A stretch of 64,000 bases of DNA, from NCBI GenBank assembly GCA_000388065.2, contig KB932201.1; one strand, written 5' to 3'. The notes under the pieces were generated by a model. The model was not told the origin of the DNA. It did not search any database and saw only the letters and a list, made by a program, of their open reading frames with translations. The position numbers and the translations under genes are program-made. This document shows positions 61,679 to 64,000 of the stretch, in pieces. The stretch is from Fonticula alba ATCC 38817. Lineage: Eukaryota > Protista > Nucleariida. How positions within the stretch are numbered: the first letter of the stretch is position 1; each line of letters opens with the position of its first letter.

Positions 61679-63282
61679 ATGTCAAAGCCCAGCCTCGGTC
61701 CGTTGCCCCTTGGCCCATTCGCCCGAGTCTCTGTGTGTCTGTGTGTCTGCCGATCGCACACTCTCCCTCTGGAGCTAACCTCCCCCCGCCCTTCTTTTCC
61801 GGTCTCCTCAGGCCAGGAGGCCATCCGCTTCCTGAATGAGGAGCGCTCCCGCTCGCCGGAGACCCCCTTGCCGGTGGCCGCCGTCGTGGCCCTGAGCAAT
61901 GCTCTTTCCCTTGAGGATGGTGCGCATGCATGTCCCGTAGTCGGGCTAATCCACGCCTGCGCACACCTGCGCACACCTGCGCACACCTGCGCACACCTGC
62001 GCACACCTGCGCACACCTGCGCACACCTACACACACCTGCACACACCTACACACACCCCAACTATTGCGCCATGTGCGACTGTTTCTCACCCGCTCGTCT
62101 CCTCTCCGGCGGGAATGCCCCCCCCCCCCCCCCTGCACACGGCAGTCAGCACCACTTCCGAGATCTTCACCCACGTGAAGCTCATGATCGCTGATCTTCT
62201 CAAGTACACGCACAACTCGATCGGCATTTCGGCCGGGTCTTTCCTGTTCCAGCGCTTCGTGGCGCGGACACTGATCAATTCGGTCGGCGGCCAGGAGGCT
62301 CCGGCTCTCCGGGACACGATCGTGTCCAGTGGCCGGCGCTTCGCCGAGCGGGCACTCCGGGCCCGGGCCCAGATCGTCACGAATGCCGTGCAGTTCATCC
62401 AGGACGGGCAGACGGTCCTGGCCATCGGCTTCTCGCGCATGGTGCTGGATGTCTTGCTCGGGGCCGCCAAGAATGGCGTGCGCTTTGATGTGCTGGTGAC
62501 CGAGTCGCGGCCGGCCGGCAGCCACGGCCATGATACCGTGCGCGAGCTGACCCGGCTCAACATCCCGGCCAAGGTCCTGCCCGATGCGGCGGTGGCTCAC
62601 ACCATTCAGCGGGTGGATCTGGTGCTGACCGGTGCCCAGGGTGTCGTCGAGAGTGGCGGTGTCATCAACGAGATCGGCACCTACCAGTCGGCCATCGTGG
62701 CCCGCGCCGCCGGGAAGCCCTTCTACGTGGTGGCCGAGTCGTATAAGTTCGTCCGCGCCTATCCCCTGGACCAGACCGACATCGGCCTCAATGCCTCGGT
62801 CATGGGCACCCCTTCGTCTTGGGTGTGCGACAAGCCGCATGCCGCCGGGGCAGTGTGCGAGCAGTCGAGCCCCGCTGAGGAGAAGAAGCCCGCCGTGGAG
62901 GTGCGCTCTGTTTGTCCCGGCGACCGGGAGGAGGCGGGGGACGAGGCGGCTCTTGCTCGGCCTTCTGTCGTGTCTCCCTCCTCGACTCTCCTCTTTCCTT
63001 CTCCCGAGCTCGGGTTGCTTCTTGATTTCCCCCATGCACGCCGGTTTGTGCCGCCTTGTGTGGGAGCCGCTTGGCATCGAATTGTTCTCCCAGACCGCTG
63101 ACACCACCTGGCCCTCCTCCCCCTTTCCCTGTGGCCCCTCCCTTGGCCTCGAATCCCGCACACAGAAGTTCGACCAAATCATCGACTACACTCCGCCGGA
63201 GCTCATCACCCTGCTCTTCACGGACATCGGCATCCTGACGCCGGCGGCTGTGAGCGATGAGCTGATCCAGCTGCACATGTAA
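61679..63282 (+). CDS. EIF2B1: Translation initiation factor eIF2B alpha subunit (Gcn3)
   Basis: Exons approx. 61679-61697, 61812-61919, 62145-62790 and 63166-63282. Motifs are [78 protein letters not shown] and [28 protein letters not shown]. Confidence 0.95.
61961..62057. repeat. 10-bp tandem repeat (GCACACCTGC) x6 plus degenerate copies in eIF2B-alpha intron
   Basis: Read directly. Confidence 0.9.
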
Positions 63283-63610
63283 AGGACACATACCGGGATC
63301 TCCCGCCCCCCCCCCCCCAGCGCGCCTGCTCATTTCGATGCGCATCCCAAGGGTTGCCCCCCGCGACACGCGACACGCACCGGGGCCCTGTTCGGCTTTG
63401 TGTGAGGATTATCCCTGGCTGGGGCTTCCCCCCCCTCCACCTTCGCCGACGATAAGGGGCCCGGTGAGGGTACCTGTGCTCGACTCCCTGCCTCTCCCCT
63501 TCCTCCTCGGAGTGTCCGTCGTTCGCTGCCAGTGGCTCTTTTGCTGGTCTCAGTCCTTTTTGCGTCTCCTGCTCCCCCCCCCCCCCTGTTCATGGGCATA
63601 TCTGCCTTTG

Positions 63611-63650
<40 letters not shown>

Positions 63651-64000
63651 TTGCCTCATTCGGCCCCTTTCTCTCTCTCTCTCCCCCCCCTCTTGTCGAA
63701 TGGAGGCAAGGATGTGTTGCCCTCCGCCCTTGTGACATAAACACGTGATATCAACGCACTCCCAACAGCGTTAGACCTAGCTCGCTGATCGTTGGCAAAT
63801 GACCAGCTACCATGTCTGCCCCCCCCCCCTGCCTGGCTGTTGTTGTGACGGCGGGGTATTTGGACTGGTGGTCTCGGGTGTGAGAAGTCGGGTTTGTGCC
63901 TGGGAGAGTCCGACGGCCGCCGGTCGCTGGCGAGGGGAGCGGGGTGTGTGCATTTTCCTGGTGTTTCCGTTTTACTGGGCATCCCCCCCCCCCCCCCCCC

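Noticed and set aside
61961-62057. Tandem repeats here and at 23356 and 30121 as CRISPR-like or mobile elements
   Set aside because: They are simple intronic micro- or minisatellites with no spacers, terminal repeats or transposase/RT genes.

Overview
GC-rich, intron-containing eukaryotic nuclear DNA. It has short GT-AG introns, long G/C homopolymer runs and N gaps. The gene content suggests a unicellular opisthokont on the fungal side, Fonticula-like; this is inference only. I can support 15 protein-coding genes: a partial unknown gene, a Sec7/BIG ARF-GEF, RUVBL2, mitochondrial bL9, DPH7, a TBC RabGAP, BRL1/BRR6, a proteinase-K-type subtilase, a 2359-codon SREBP-like factor, an EBP sterol isomerase, RRP4, PTPA, dynein light intermediate chain, PIG-L, mitochondrial GatA and eIF2B-alpha (16 loci counting the partial gene). 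There are also four tRNA genes: Arg-CCG, Ala-AGC, Met-CAT and His-GTG. Most other ORF-track entries are antisense or alternate-frame shadows. The best leads are: (1) a nuclear tRNA-Met with intact Pol III boxes whose acceptor stem is mismatched at exactly positions 1-3, the pattern known from organellar 5' tRNA editing; (2) a giant SREBP directly upstream of a sterol D8-D7 isomerase; (3) an eIF2B-alpha with substitutions in its sugar-phosphate pocket; (4) a BRL1/BRR6 gene. Exon coordinates were read by eye and are approximate unless stated.
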